NCBI RefSeq assembly: GCF_947500655.1
Contig: NZ_CANMSK010000008.1
Coordinates: forward strand, 19,139 to 83,138
DNA: 64,000 nucleotides
Direction of reading: 5' to 3'
Source: an uncultured Psychrosphaera sp.
GTDB taxonomy: Bacteria; Pseudomonadota; Gammaproteobacteria; Enterobacterales; Alteromonadaceae
Below, piece by piece: positions 37,584 through 47,220 of this stretch (its first letter is position 1; each line of letters starts with the position of its first letter). The translations under genes were made by a program, and so were the position numbers. The notes under the pieces were generated by a model, which saw nothing but the letters and a program-made list of their open reading frames with translations, did not search any database and was not told the origin of the DNA.

Positions 37584-39045
37584 AGTTCATCACCCGTGTT
37601 TCTATTGTTCGGTTTTGCATCTCTAAGTAACACTTTTCAATTAAGTTTTGCGCAACCTTCATGCGATATTTATCTGATGCTCTTACATCTGACATTGGTT
37701 GAAAATCAGTTGCCAATGCCAATTTAGCTTGAGCTACCGACTCCTTGTCTAAACTTTTACCTTGTAATACTTGTTCAGTTGCCGACGCTCGTTTTGGAAT
37801 ACCTGCCATTCCGCCAAAGGCGAAACGAACATTGGTTATTTTTGTTTTATCTGAGTCATCTTTTTGTTCAATAAAGAAAGCCGCTAGTACTGCAGAGATA
37901 TCATCATCAATACGCTTAGATATTTTATATAGCTTAAGTGTTTGGCCTGCGGTCGGTTTTGGTATTTGGATAGACTTAATAAACTCAGAAGGTTTAAGCA
38001 CTGTTTTTTTGTAATCTACAAAGTAGTCTTCAACTAAAATAGTACGCTCTTCACCATTTAAATGCAGTGTCATACTAGCGCCAAGTGCGATTAACGCCGG
38101 TGGCATATCACCAATTGGTGAAGCATTACCGATATTACCGCCTAAGGTTCCAGTATTACGTACTTGTTTTGAGCCAATGCGCTCAATCATGTCACCCAGT
38201 TCAGGGTAATAATGATGCAAAGTGTCGATAAATTTACTGTAAGGCAAAGCTGAACCAATAATAATGTCTGACTCAGTTTCCGTCATTGTGGTGAGTTCTT
38301 CTACATTGCCCACGTACACTAGTTTATCTATAACGGCTAAATTTTGAGTAACTGAAAGGGCTAAGTCTGTGCCACCAGCAACCAGTTTTGAGTCTGGCTC
38401 ATTGGTTAGTTCATAAGCTAATTCGTCTATGTTTTTAGGTGCTACATATTGATGATTATTACCAGATAGAACAGGCTTAGGTAATTTTTGCAGTTCTATA
38501 AGTTTGCTGATTGTTTGCTGATAATGCTGAGCAAAGGAGTCTTGTTCTGTATGTTCACTTGATGTAATAGCCGCTTCTATAATTGAACGATAACCTGTAC
38601 AGCGGCATAAGTTGCCTGCCAATGCTTCAAGTACTTCCGCACGGTTTGGTGTTTGGTTATGCTTGTGCAAAGAAAAAGACGACATAACAAAACCCGGCGT
38701 ACAAAAACCACATTGTGAACCGTGATTATCAACAATAGTTTGCTGAGCGTGATGTAACTTAGCGCCGTCTTTTAAATCTTCAACTGTGATCAACTGTTTA
38801 CCATGCAAGCTACCAACAAAGGTAATGCATGAGTTAATAGATTTATAATTAAGCTGCTTTTCTTCAGCATCTAATTCAGCCAAAACTACAGTACAGGCAC
38901 CACAATCACCGGATGCACAACCTTCTTTAGTACCTGATTTAAATTGAATTTCACGCAGGTATTGTAGAACCGTTAAATTAGGATCGATGTTCTGTATTGT
39001 CACATCGTCATTGTTTAATAAAAAACGAACTGTACTGGTTGTCAT
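37576..39045 (-). CDS. xdhA: Xanthine dehydrogenase small subunit ([2Fe-2S] + FAD)
   Basis: Contains CASGDCGACTV and CGFCTPG clusters and an FAD domain (VAGGTDLAL). The start is set at ATG 39045 (MTTSTVRF...). The 28-codon upstream extension in the ORF track is implausible. Confidence 0.9.
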   Translation of the reverse strand: MTTSTVRFLLNNDDVTIQNIDPNLTVLQYLREIQFKSGTKEGCASGDCGACTVVLAELDAEEKQLNYKSINSCITFVGSLHGKQLITVEDLKDGAKLHHAQQTIVDNHGSQCGFCTPGFVMSSFSLHKHNQTPNRAEVLEALAGNLCRCTGYRSIIEAAITSSEHTEQDSFAQHYQQTISKLIELQKLPKPVLSGNNHQYVAPKNIDELAYELTNEPDSKLVAGGTDLALSVTQNLAVIDKLVYVGNVEELTTMTETESDIIIGSALPYSKFIDTLHHYYPELGDMIERIGSKQVRNTGTLGGNIGNASPIGDMPPALIALGASMTLHLNGEERTILVEDYFVDYKKTVLKPSEFIKSIQIPKPTAGQTLKLYKISKRIDDDISAVLAAFFIEQKDDSDKTKITNVRFAFGGMAGIPKRASATEQVLQGKSLDKESVAQAKLALATDFQPMSDVRASDKYRMKVAQNLIEKCYLEMQNRTIETRVMNYA

Positions 39046-39119
39046 AATGGTTCCATAGCATGCACTGGTAAAATAAATATGCACAATTTCTGATAGGTTA
39101 AATATATTAAAAAATAAAA

Positions 39120-39137
39120 GCTGACACAAGTGTCAGC
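39120..39137. promoter_or_regulatory. Candidate operator, TGACAC-type 18-bp palindrome (GCTGACACAAGTGTCAGC)
   Basis: 8-bp perfect arms with a 2-nt spacer, 75 nt upstream of the xdhA start, at the head of the 11-gene minus-strand operon. Confidence 0.6.
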
Positions 39138-39255
39138 TTAGCAGAATTTCATACAATTAATACACAGAAGAACATCTTTCATCTATAGATGTGAAAAATA
39201 AATGAAAAGTCGTTAAAACCTAGTAAATATAGTTTTGAGACGATGTTAATAAACC

Positions 39256-39283
39256 ACAACCAACAATTAATACTGTTGGTTGT
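39256..39283 (-). terminator. Hairpin downstream of the acidic orphan gene
   Basis: acaaccaaca-attaatac-tgttggttgt, a 10-bp perfect stem. The minus strand continues GGTTTATT (weak T-tract). Confidence 0.5.
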
Positions 39284-39340
39284 TAACAAGGAAGGAATTT
39301 AAAATAAATACAGTGAATGTAATGCTATTAAAAACTGATT

Positions 39341-40036
39341 TTACAGTTTTGATATCGCAATATATTGACTAACGGAAGCATTAGTTAATTGATTAACACT
39401 TAGTTTATCAATCACAGTTAAGGTTTTCACTATGTCATTTAACGTTGTTTGGTCAGCTTCTGACATGGCATAAAACTCAACTGAGTCCATAGCTTGTGTC
39501 AGTATTTGATTGTTTTCACTAACGGTTTGTTTAAAGTCAGACTCTGTTTTTGCTGTAGCTACATCATTAATAATTGTTTTCGCACTGTCCAGGGCCGTTT
39601 GTAATTCATCTAAGCTCACAGTGCCAAACATTTCAGTTTCATCCAAAGCGGCTAAACTTTCTTCTAAATCATCGATATAGCTTAATAAGCTTTGAGTAAT
39701 AATCGCGGAAGTAGGATCAACCTCATCGGGATCTGAATCAGTTTCTTCTCCATTAAGTGTAGTGAGTTCACCACTAGAGATCAGCCCGTATTCATACAAC
39801 CTTTCCACTAACGTTGTAATATCGTCACTAGTAAGAGCGCTACCATTAAAGAATTCATTATCAATCGCACTTAGTTTTTGTGAGCGCGTTGATAATGAAA
39901 AATCGTCATCGTTACTAGCCGGTGAAGCTTGTTCGGTAGTAGTTGATGCGGCATCAGAATCAATACTCTCTGTTGAAGTCACACCAGAGTAATTTTGGCT
40001 AAGAGGAGTTGAGGTTGTATTTATAGTACTGATCAT
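39341..40036 (-). CDS. Highly acidic Ser/Thr/Asp/Glu-rich orphan protein, no signal peptide
   Basis: 231-aa ORF with a low-complexity N-terminal third and predicted helical remainder. No family was recognised. Confidence 0.6.
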   Translation of the reverse strand: MISTINTTSTPLSQNYSGVTSTESIDSDAASTTTEQASPASNDDDFSLSTRSQKLSAIDNEFFNGSALTSDDITTLVERLYEYGLISSGELTTLNGEETDSDPDEVDPTSAIITQSLLSYIDDLEESLAALDETEMFGTVSLDELQTALDSAKTIINDVATAKTESDFKQTVSENNQILTQAMDSVEFYAMSEADQTTLNDIVKTLTVIDKLSVNQLTNASVSQYIAISKL

Positions 40037-40212
40037 AATTGTGTTCGGCTAAATTGTTAATTTAAGTACTTTTACTTAAGCAAAAACCAGTCCTATTTGG
40101 CACCAACATCCTTTTTTCTTACACTTTTCTTGCATTATTGCCAATTAATCTCAGGTCATAAATACCAAAATAACTATCTCTCAGACATAGCTCTTAACAA
40201 TAGGATTTTTAT

Positions 40213-41631
40213 ATGTTCAATTTAGTTTGGAACAAACGTTTACTTTTACTTGGCATTTTCAGCTCAGTTTTATTTATCGCAGGTTGTGATTCAGATGATG
40301 ATGAGACTGTAGTTTATACGGAAGAATTTGCTGATGCCGATTTTACAGCTACAGATTGGACAGAAGCAACTCATAGTAAAGATGCAGATCCTGACTTCAC
40401 AGAAGTGTTTGATGATACACAAGTAAAACGATTCGACTTTGTTATCACTGAAGAACGCTGGCAAGCCATGTTAGACGATATGACCAGCATTTACGGTACA
40501 TTTGGCCAATCCTCAAGTGGTCCTGGTTTAAGCGATACAGATGAAGATCCTGTATTTATGCCAGCCGACGTTTATTACGAAGGAACTCAGTGGTACAGAG
40601 TTGGTATTCGCTTTAAAGGGAACTCTTCTCTGCAAACAAGCTGGCAAGCTGGAATACTTAAATTGTCTTTTAAAATGGACTTTGACGAGTTTGAAGATGA
40701 CTACCCGCAAATAGATAACCAACGCTTTTATGGCTTTAAAAAATTCAGTTTAAAAAACAACTACGACGATGATTCTCAATTACGTGAAAAAGTAGCTTCT
40801 GAAGTATTTAAAGACGCAGGACTTGCTGTATCTAACACTGCATTTTATACCGTATATGTAGATCACGGTGACGGCCCTGAATATTTTGGTCTATACACTT
40901 TAGTTGAAGAAATTGACGATACCGTTATCGACACTCAATTTAGCAGTGATGATGGTAATTTATATAAACCAGAAGACGATGGTGCAATGTTTATTGAAGG
41001 TAGCTTCAATGAAGATGACTTTGAAAAGAAAACTAATGAAGATGAAGAAGATTGGTCAGACATAATCGCATTATTTGACGCTCTACATGACGACAGCCGA
41101 ACAACAGATCCTGAAACATGGAGAAGTAACCTAGAAGATGTTTTTGATGTAGATGGTTTCCTTAAATATTTAGCGATTAATGGTGCCATTCAAAACTGGG
41201 ACACGTACGGCGTAATGCCACATAACTTCTATCTTTATAACGACCCAGATACATCTAAGCTAACTTGGATCCCTTGGGATAATAACGAAGCTTTACAAGA
41301 TGGCAAGCAAGGTGGCGCTTTAGAGCTTGATTTCTCAGACTTAAATGACAGTTATTGGCCTCTTATCTCAAAGATATATGCCGATGAAGAGTACCAAGCA
41401 ATTTACGACGCTTATTTGTTAGAGGTTATTAATGACTCATTTGAGATCAGTAAAATGCAGGCAAAATACGACACTTACTCTGCATTAATAGAGCCTTATG
41501 CAACGTCTGAATTATCTGGTTATTCATTTTTAAGCAGCAGCACAAGTTTTTACCAAGCGATAACTGAGCTTAATGAACATGTTGAAGATAGAACAGATGA
41601 AGTAACCGATTACTTGGAAGAGCAAGAATAG
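40213..41631 (+). CDS. CotH-family (atypical kinase fold) lipoprotein
   Basis: Lipobox FIAGC. CotH-like core (KFSLKNNYDDDSQLREKVASEVFKDAGLAVSNTAFYTVYVD...YFGLYTLVEEIDD...DGNLYKPE...NWDTYG...HNFYLY). Confidence 0.7.
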   Translation: MFNLVWNKRLLLLGIFSSVLFIAGCDSDDDETVVYTEEFADADFTATDWTEATHSKDADPDFTEVFDDTQVKRFDFVITEERWQAMLDDMTSIYGTFGQSSSGPGLSDTDEDPVFMPADVYYEGTQWYRVGIRFKGNSSLQTSWQAGILKLSFKMDFDEFEDDYPQIDNQRFYGFKKFSLKNNYDDDSQLREKVASEVFKDAGLAVSNTAFYTVYVDHGDGPEYFGLYTLVEEIDDTVIDTQFSSDDGNLYKPEDDGAMFIEGSFNEDDFEKKTNEDEEDWSDIIALFDALHDDSRTTDPETWRSNLEDVFDVDGFLKYLAINGAIQNWDTYGVMPHNFYLYNDPDTSKLTWIPWDNNEALQDGKQGGALELDFSDLNDSYWPLISKIYADEEYQAIYDAYLLEVINDSFEISKMQAKYDTYSALIEPYATSELSGYSFLSSSTSFYQAITELNEHVEDRTDEVTDYLEEQE

Positions 41632-41675
41632 TTACTTCCATTAATAATTATTGATTAAATATTACTAAAACACCA

Positions 41676-41705
41676 AGCCATTCATTTACTAATGAGTGGC
41701 TTTTT
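41676..41705 (+). terminator. Rho-independent terminator after the CotH-like gene
   Basis: gccattcat-ttacta-atgagtggc (one G-T pair) followed by tttttt. Confidence 0.7.
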
Positions 41706-41796
41706 TGATCTATTCACCGCCTTTCAGAGTATTAAAGACTGTAACGTTATTAAATCTAGCTTATTAGTATCTTGGATTCAAAAATAAAGGTCACTT

Positions 41797-42687
41797 ATGA
41801 ATATTCTTATCACTGGCGGCACAGGCTTTATCGGCGCAGCCTTATGCACACATTTACAAACATTGGAATACAATATTGTTGTGCAGACAAGAACCACAAA
41901 TTCTTTACTTAATAACAATATAAAAACCATTAATTCATTACAGCAACTTACCCCAGAGGATAAATTTGATGCTGTTATTAACTTAGCTGGCGAACCGATT
42001 GCCGATAAAAGATGGTCAAAAAAGCAAAAGCAGGAAATATTACGCAGCCGAATAGAAACAACTGAAAAACTTATCCAGTTCTTCAAGCAAGCAAATAACA
42101 AACCTTCGGTGTTTATTAGTGGCTCAGCTATCGGTTACTACGGAATAACGCCAACGGATGACGAGATAAACGAAAACAACAGTGGTGATAGCAGTTTCTC
42201 CAGCCAACTCTGTCAGCTATGGGAATTAAGCGCACAACAAGCAGAAAAACTAGGTATTAGGACTTGTTTACTACGCACCGGTATTGTTTTAGGTAAGAAT
42301 GGCGGCGCGCTGAAAAAAATGCTGCCACCTTTTAAATTAGGACTCGGTGGTAAAATAGGTTCGGGCAATCAATGGATGCCATGGATACATATTGACGATA
42401 TGATTGGCTTAATTGAATTATGTGTAAATAACGTCAATATAAGTGGCGCTATTAATTGCACAGCACCTGGTCCTGTAACCAATTCAACCTTCACAAAAAC
42501 ATTAGCTGAAGCCATAAATCGACCTGCTATTTTCCCTATGCCTGCATTTATCGTAAAACTATTAATGGGGAAAATGGGCGAAGAATTATTATTAAATGGT
42601 AAAAAAGTGATACCTAAAAAAGCACTCGATTCAGGTTATAAATTTAAATACCAAACCATAGAGCAAGCACTTGCAACTATTGTATAA
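41797..42687 (+). CDS. TIGR01777/YfcH-like SDR epimerase-family protein
   Basis: N-terminal MNILITGGTGFIGAAL Rossmann motif, ~296 aa, and a C-terminal DUF1731-like region (GKKVIPKKALDSGYKFKY). Confidence 0.8.
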   Translation: MNILITGGTGFIGAALCTHLQTLEYNIVVQTRTTNSLLNNNIKTINSLQQLTPEDKFDAVINLAGEPIADKRWSKKQKQEILRSRIETTEKLIQFFKQANNKPSVFISGSAIGYYGITPTDDEINENNSGDSSFSSQLCQLWELSAQQAEKLGIRTCLLRTGIVLGKNGGALKKMLPPFKLGLGGKIGSGNQWMPWIHIDDMIGLIELCVNNVNISGAINCTAPGPVTNSTFTKTLAEAINRPAIFPMPAFIVKLLMGKMGEELLLNGKKVIPKKALDSGYKFKYQTIEQALATIV

Positions 42688-42802
42688 GTACAATAACAAG
42701 CCGTGAATTCATCTAGCAAGTGCAACATAACAACATTCGAGTTTTATTAAGCTGAATTCTTTGCCTTTTTAAGTGAAAAAAATTATTTGTTTCACTTTTA
42801 TA

Positions 42803-42818
42803 TTGACCAATTGGTCAA
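42803..42818. promoter_or_regulatory. Perfect RutR-type box TTGACCAATTGGTCAA
   Basis: 16-bp perfect palindrome identical to the E. coli RutR consensus TTGACCAnnTGGTCAA. It lies 124 nt upstream of the EEP nuclease gene start (42942). Confidence 0.65.
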
Positions 42819-42941
42819 GAAAGTTATTATTAGCGCAATAAAAAATACATCCTAAGACGTTATTATCTGTTCGCTTAACGGCTAAGCCATTAAGGACAAG
42901 AGATGCCTCCTAACTAATTGTGTAAATAAGCGAGTAAAATA

Positions 42942-43889
42942 ATGACAAAATCAGTTTTAACCCAACTTACACTTTTATTAAGTTTATTAATAACGGCCAA
43001 TACTTTTGCAAAGACGACGGCTGATGCATTAGAAAGTAATTTATCAGACAAGAAGACATTAAAAGTAGCGTCTTGGAATATTGCTTGGTTAAGCTCACAC
43101 AAATACAATGAACGTAAACAAGCGGATTACGATAAGTTATCAGCCTATGCAACAAAACTAAATGCCGATGTTATTGCCTTGCAAGAAGTTGAAAGTGCCG
43201 AGTGGGCAGAAAAAGTATTTGGTGATGATTACGACTTTTACTTTTCAACTCGTGATTGGGTTCAGCGTGTTGGTGTTGCGGTAAAAAAATCATCTGGTTT
43301 GAAGGTAATATCTCAAGAATATAAAGCATTAAATTTAGATCGTGTTCGTAGTGGTATGCAAGTAACGCTTTCTAGAAACAATAAAGAGTTCACTCTATTA
43401 GCTGTGCATTTAAAGTCTGGTTGTTTCACTGACCCGCTTGATAATAAAAGTGTAATGGCAATGGCGGATAAAACAGAAAAAGAAGGTCGCCGTAAAGAAG
43501 CATGTACTTTACTGAGCCAACAAATAGAACCTTTAGAGAAATGGATAGATAATCAAGCAGCTCAAAATAAAGCATACTTAGTATTAGGTGATTTTAATCG
43601 CCGATTTTCACAAGATATTGCACACAAATACGCGGAAAACCAAGGCTTATGGCAAGCACTAAATGATGAAGGCCAAGAAGTACTATGGACACCAACTGCA
43701 ACATTAGATTCAAAATGTTGGGGTGGCTATTATAAAGATTACATTGACCATATAGTGTTCAGTCCTATGGCAAAAACAATGTATATAGATGATTCATTTG
43801 AGCAATTAGTATTTGATGAAAAATATACCAGTGAGCTATCTAGAAACTTAAGTGACCACTGCCCAGTTTCAGTTCAATTGGATATGTAA
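42942..43889 (+). CDS. Secreted endonuclease/exonuclease/phosphatase (EEP) family protein
   Basis: Signal peptide plus EEP motifs (VASWNI, ALQEV, LGDFN, C-terminal SDHCPV). Confidence 0.8.
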   Translation: MTKSVLTQLTLLLSLLITANTFAKTTADALESNLSDKKTLKVASWNIAWLSSHKYNERKQADYDKLSAYATKLNADVIALQEVESAEWAEKVFGDDYDFYFSTRDWVQRVGVAVKKSSGLKVISQEYKALNLDRVRSGMQVTLSRNNKEFTLLAVHLKSGCFTDPLDNKSVMAMADKTEKEGRRKEACTLLSQQIEPLEKWIDNQAAQNKAYLVLGDFNRRFSQDIAHKYAENQGLWQALNDEGQEVLWTPTATLDSKCWGGYYKDYIDHIVFSPMAKTMYIDDSFEQLVFDEKYTSELSRNLSDHCPVSVQLDM

Positions 43890-43941
43890 TAGCATTTAGC
43901 AAAAATGGTATTACAACAAAACCTACAATTAAGGAATTGTG

Positions 43942-44112
43942 ATGGTCGAATTATTAGTAGCACTGGTAACAGGTGCTTTAGTCGGAGTGTTATTCTCTTT
44001 ATTTAAATTGCCCTTACCTGCCCCGCCTGTTTTGTCGGGTATCGTAGGTATTTTCGGGATTTATTTAGGGGGCGTTGGTTATCAGTGGATCATTGAGCGA
44101 TTTTCTAGTTAA
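43942..44112 (+). CDS. XapX-like (DUF1427-type) small membrane protein, 56 aa, absent from the ORF track
   Basis: Hand translation gives MVELLVALVTGALVGVLFSLFKLPLPAPPVLSGIVGIFGIYLGGVGYQWIIERFSS. AAGGAA lies 5 nt before the ATG. It has two hydrophobic helices and a position next to a purine nucleoside phosphorylase, as for XapX-type proteins. Confidence 0.6.
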   Translation: MVELLVALVTGALVGVLFSLFKLPLPAPPVLSGIVGIFGIYLGGVGYQWIIERFSS

Positions 44113-44303
44113 AAGCTCGTATACATTGACTAAACCACTTACTAAAATCGTTTACTTTGTTTATAGTAAACAACCAAACCAAGTTTAAACAGCTTATAAT
44201 TTTAATTAAATTGTCAGTAAAAAATCCTTGATAGCAGACCGTAATATCTCAGTCTGGCTTGAAACTTACTGAGTTATACTTCTTAACAAAAAGGTTAACT
44301 CTT

Positions 44304-45008
44304 ATGTCTACAGCACATATTGAAGCCCAAATGGGCGATTTCGCAGAAACGGTATTAATGCCGGGCGATCCTCTTAGAGCAAAATTTATTGCCGAAAATT
44401 TCCTAGATGACGCTAAATGCGTAACTCGCGTTCGTAATATGTTTGGTTATACCGGCACTTACAAAGGTAAACGCATCTCGGTTATGGGTTCTGGAATGGG
44501 TATTCCTAGCGTATCTATTTATGCAACAGAACTTTATAAAGATTACGGCGTAGAAGAAATTATTCGTATTGGCTCATGTGGCGCAGTACGTGATGACATT
44601 AAAGTACGCGATATTGTTATTGGTATGGCAGCAAGTACAGACTCAAATGTAAATCGTCAACGTTTAGGTAATGTAGATTTTGCCGCTTGCGCTGACTTTT
44701 CTTTATTAAAAAAAGTAGTCGACACTGCTGAAAAGTTAAATACACCAGTTCGTGTTGGTAACATTTTCACTGCCGATTTGTTTTATACGCCAAATCCAGA
44801 AATGTTTGCTCAAATGGAAAAATACGGCATGTTAGCAGTAGAAATGGAAGCGGCAGGTCTTTACGGTGTTGCTGCTGAATATGGTAAAAAAGCGTTAACG
44901 GTATTAACCGTAAGCGACCATATTAAAACAGGTGAAGTAACCACTGCTGACGAACGTGAAACCACGTTTAAAGATATGATGGAACTAACGTTAGAAAGTA
45001 TTCTATAA
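44304..45008 (+). CDS. deoD: Purine nucleoside phosphorylase DeoD-type
   Basis: [34 protein letters not shown]... is colinear with E. coli DeoD. The ATG at 44304 is preferred over the ORF-track start at 44259. Confidence 0.93.
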   Translation: MSTAHIEAQMGDFAETVLMPGDPLRAKFIAENFLDDAKCVTRVRNMFGYTGTYKGKRISVMGSGMGIPSVSIYATELYKDYGVEEIIRIGSCGAVRDDIKVRDIVIGMAASTDSNVNRQRLGNVDFAACADFSLLKKVVDTAEKLNTPVRVGNIFTADLFYTPNPEMFAQMEKYGMLAVEMEAAGLYGVAAEYGKKALTVLTVSDHIKTGEVTTADERETTFKDMMELTLESIL

Positions 45009-45030
45009 CGTTAGTTATACACACATAAAC

Positions 45031-45060
45031 AAAAGGGTTAACAAATGTTAACCCTTTTTT
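45031..45060. terminator. Bidirectional terminator between deoD and deoB
   Basis: aaaa-gggttaac-aaat-gttaaccc-tttttt. Confidence 0.8.
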
Positions 45061-45091
45061 AATGCTCGGAATTTGTTATCTAACTTAAGCT

Positions 45092-46306
45092 TTATTTAAA
45101 GTTTAATTCCGTTAAAAAGCTAGTACCATAATCCATATCTTCAACTTTGAACAATTCTGCTATTGTTTGTCCCAAATCTGCAAAGGTTTTACGCTCGCCT
45201 AAGTCAACATCACCAATATTATGGTGATAAGCCAACATAGGAACATACTCACGAGTATGATCACTGCCTGGCCACGTAGGATCGCAACCATGATCGGCAG
45301 TTAATAATAAAATATCCTCATCACCCATAGCGGCATACACTTCTGGTAATCTAGCATCAAACGCTTCTAATTCTTTCGCATAACCAACTGGGTTACGTCT
45401 GTGGCCAAAATCTTGGTCAAAGTTAACTAAGTTAGTAAAAATCAACGTATTGTCATTGGCTGTTTTTATATGCTTTATGCTGGCATCTAACAAGGCATCT
45501 AAACCAGTAGCCTTAGTCTTTTCACTGATACCTTGATGAGCAAATATATCCGCTATTTTACCTACGCTTATTACGTGAGTACCTGCATCTGCTATTTTAT
45601 CTAATACCGTTGGCGCAGGTGGCAATACTGAATAATCACGACGATTACCCGTTCTGGCAAATTCAGCTGGTGTTTCACCAATAAATGGTCTGGCAATAAC
45701 ACGGCCTATATTTAAATCGTCCAACTGCTCTCTAACAATTTCACAATACTTATATAAATTGTCGAGACCAAAATGGGTTTCGTGTGCAGCAATTTGGAAA
45801 ACACTATCGCCTGAGGTGTAACAAATAGGTAAGCCTGTTTTGATATGCTCTTCACCTAATCGTTCTAAAATTGTAGTACCGGATGCATGGCAGTTACCTA
45901 ACATACCATCAAAGCCAGTTGCTTTATTTATCTTGTCAATTAAGTCGCTAGGAAATGAGTTTTCTTTATCAAGGAAATAACCCCAATCAAATAATACTGG
46001 CACACCTGCCATTTCCCAGTGACCACTAGGCGTGTCTTTACCTGTGCTGATCTCGCGCGCGTAACCATAAGCGCCTTTACTAGCCATGCCACCTTTATGT
46101 GGCACTTCAATATTGGATGCACCTTTACATGCATCAAATAATCCTAATGCAGCTAAATTAGGTAAATTTATCTCATTGCCTGTTTCATCTAAATAGGCTT
46201 TAGCTAAATTTGCTAAGGTATTTGCCCCAACATCACCAAAGCTTTCAGCGTCGGGTGCGTACCCAATACCAAAACTATCCATTACTAATATTATTGCTTT
46301 AGACAT
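45092..46306 (-). CDS. deoB: Phosphopentomutase
   Basis: [25 protein letters not shown]... and [20 protein letters not shown] are DeoB signatures. Confidence 0.95.
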   Translation of the reverse strand: MSKAIILVMDSFGIGYAPDAESFGDVGANTLANLAKAYLDETGNEINLPNLAALGLFDACKGASNIEVPHKGGMASKGAYGYAREISTGKDTPSGHWEMAGVPVLFDWGYFLDKENSFPSDLIDKINKATGFDGMLGNCHASGTTILERLGEEHIKTGLPICYTSGDSVFQIAAHETHFGLDNLYKYCEIVREQLDDLNIGRVIARPFIGETPAEFARTGNRRDYSVLPPAPTVLDKIADAGTHVISVGKIADIFAHQGISEKTKATGLDALLDASIKHIKTANDNTLIFTNLVNFDQDFGHRRNPVGYAKELEAFDARLPEVYAAMGDEDILLLTADHGCDPTWPGSDHTREYVPMLAYHHNIGDVDLGERKTFADLGQTIAELFKVEDMDYGTSFLTELNFK

Positions 46307-46365
46307 ATTGAGCCCTATTCGATGTATAAATCGAAATAATTAATCTATAAACTAGGTATAAAAAC

Positions 46366-46381
46366 ATGACCACATGGTCAA
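46366..46381. promoter_or_regulatory. RutR-type box ATGACCACATGGTCAA
   Basis: Lies 60 nt upstream of deoB (start 46306) and ~183 nt upstream of divergent udk. It matches the RutR consensus at 15/16 positions counting the nn spacer as free. Confidence 0.55.
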
Positions 46382-46563
46382 CTTGTGTTAATTTATCATC
46401 ATTTGAAATTAGGGTAAACGATGATATTAAGATCACAGCAATAACAATTGTCGCTGTGTGAAAAATCATTTCCTAAATTGCACTTATATCATTTGGCTTT
46501 TTAGATTAATTTGCTAGTCTATGCTCCGAATTTTATGAACCTGCGTAACCAACAGGCAAGACA

Positions 46564-47205
46564 TTGAAACCAACTATAATTACAATTGCAGGTCCGTCTG
46601 CATCAGGCAAAACACTGTTTGCACAAACAATTCATGACGAGTTAATTGAAGAGTTGGGTGAAGGTGGCATATCCATCATATACGAAGATGCCTACTATAG
46701 AGATCAATCTCACCTCTCAATGGAAGAACGTGTTGAAACCAACTACGATCATCCTGATGCGTTTGAACATGACTTGTTAACTGAACATTTAGAAAAGCTA
46801 ACGAGTAACGAAGCAATTCAAAGCCCTGTATATTGTTACAAAACACACACTAGAACCCCTGAGACTGTCGCTTTCGCTCCAACTAAGATCATTTTGGTTG
46901 AAGGTATTTTATTGCTATCTAATAAAAAGCTCAGAGAGCAGTTTGATATTAAAGTGTATATGGATACACCGTTGGATATTTGTTTAATTCGTAGAATTAA
47001 ACGAGATATTGTAGAACGCCAACGTAGTGTTGAGTCAGTTACTAACCAATATTTAGAAACCGTAAGACCTATGTACCATCAGTACATTGAACCTTCCAAA
47101 GCTTGGGCTGACATTGTCGTCACAAGAGGCGGGAAAAATAGAATGGCGATTGAAGTGATAAAAGCAAAAATCCGTCAAATTTCACAACTACCACCACAAA
47201 AATAA
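46564..47205 (+). CDS. udk: Uridine kinase
   Basis: P-loop [10 protein letters not shown] and Udk-like body. It has an apparent TTG start. Confidence 0.88.
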   Translation: MKPTIITIAGPSASGKTLFAQTIHDELIEELGEGGISIIYEDAYYRDQSHLSMEERVETNYDHPDAFEHDLLTEHLEKLTSNEAIQSPVYCYKTHTRTPETVAFAPTKIILVEGILLLSNKKLREQFDIKVYMDTPLDICLIRRIKRDIVERQRSVESVTNQYLETVRPMYHQYIEPSKAWADIVVTRGGKNRMAIEVIKAKIRQISQLPPQK

Positions 47206-47220
47206 TTAAAAAGGGTGCTC

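Noticed and set aside
37576-39129. Over-long 5' extensions of several ORF-track entries (xdhA to 39129, ureB from 21616, ureF from 24208, deoD from 44259, upp from 49929, receptor to 55805, 59735-60997, speB from 63010, deaminase from 12460)
   Set aside because: In each case an internal ATG with a plausible RBS reproduces the conserved family N-terminus or a proper signal peptide. The extension either overlaps the upstream gene or encodes implausible sequence.
39180-39191. 12-bp palindrome CATCTATAGATG between the xdhA operator candidate and the orphan gene terminator
   Set aside because: It is a single occurrence, short and AT-rich, with no related sites at other promoters in the window.
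44150-44171. Inverted repeat GTTTAC-n10-GTAAAC upstream of deoD as a further operator
   Set aside because: It has only 6-bp arms, does not resemble either palindrome family, and could easily arise by chance in AT-rich DNA.
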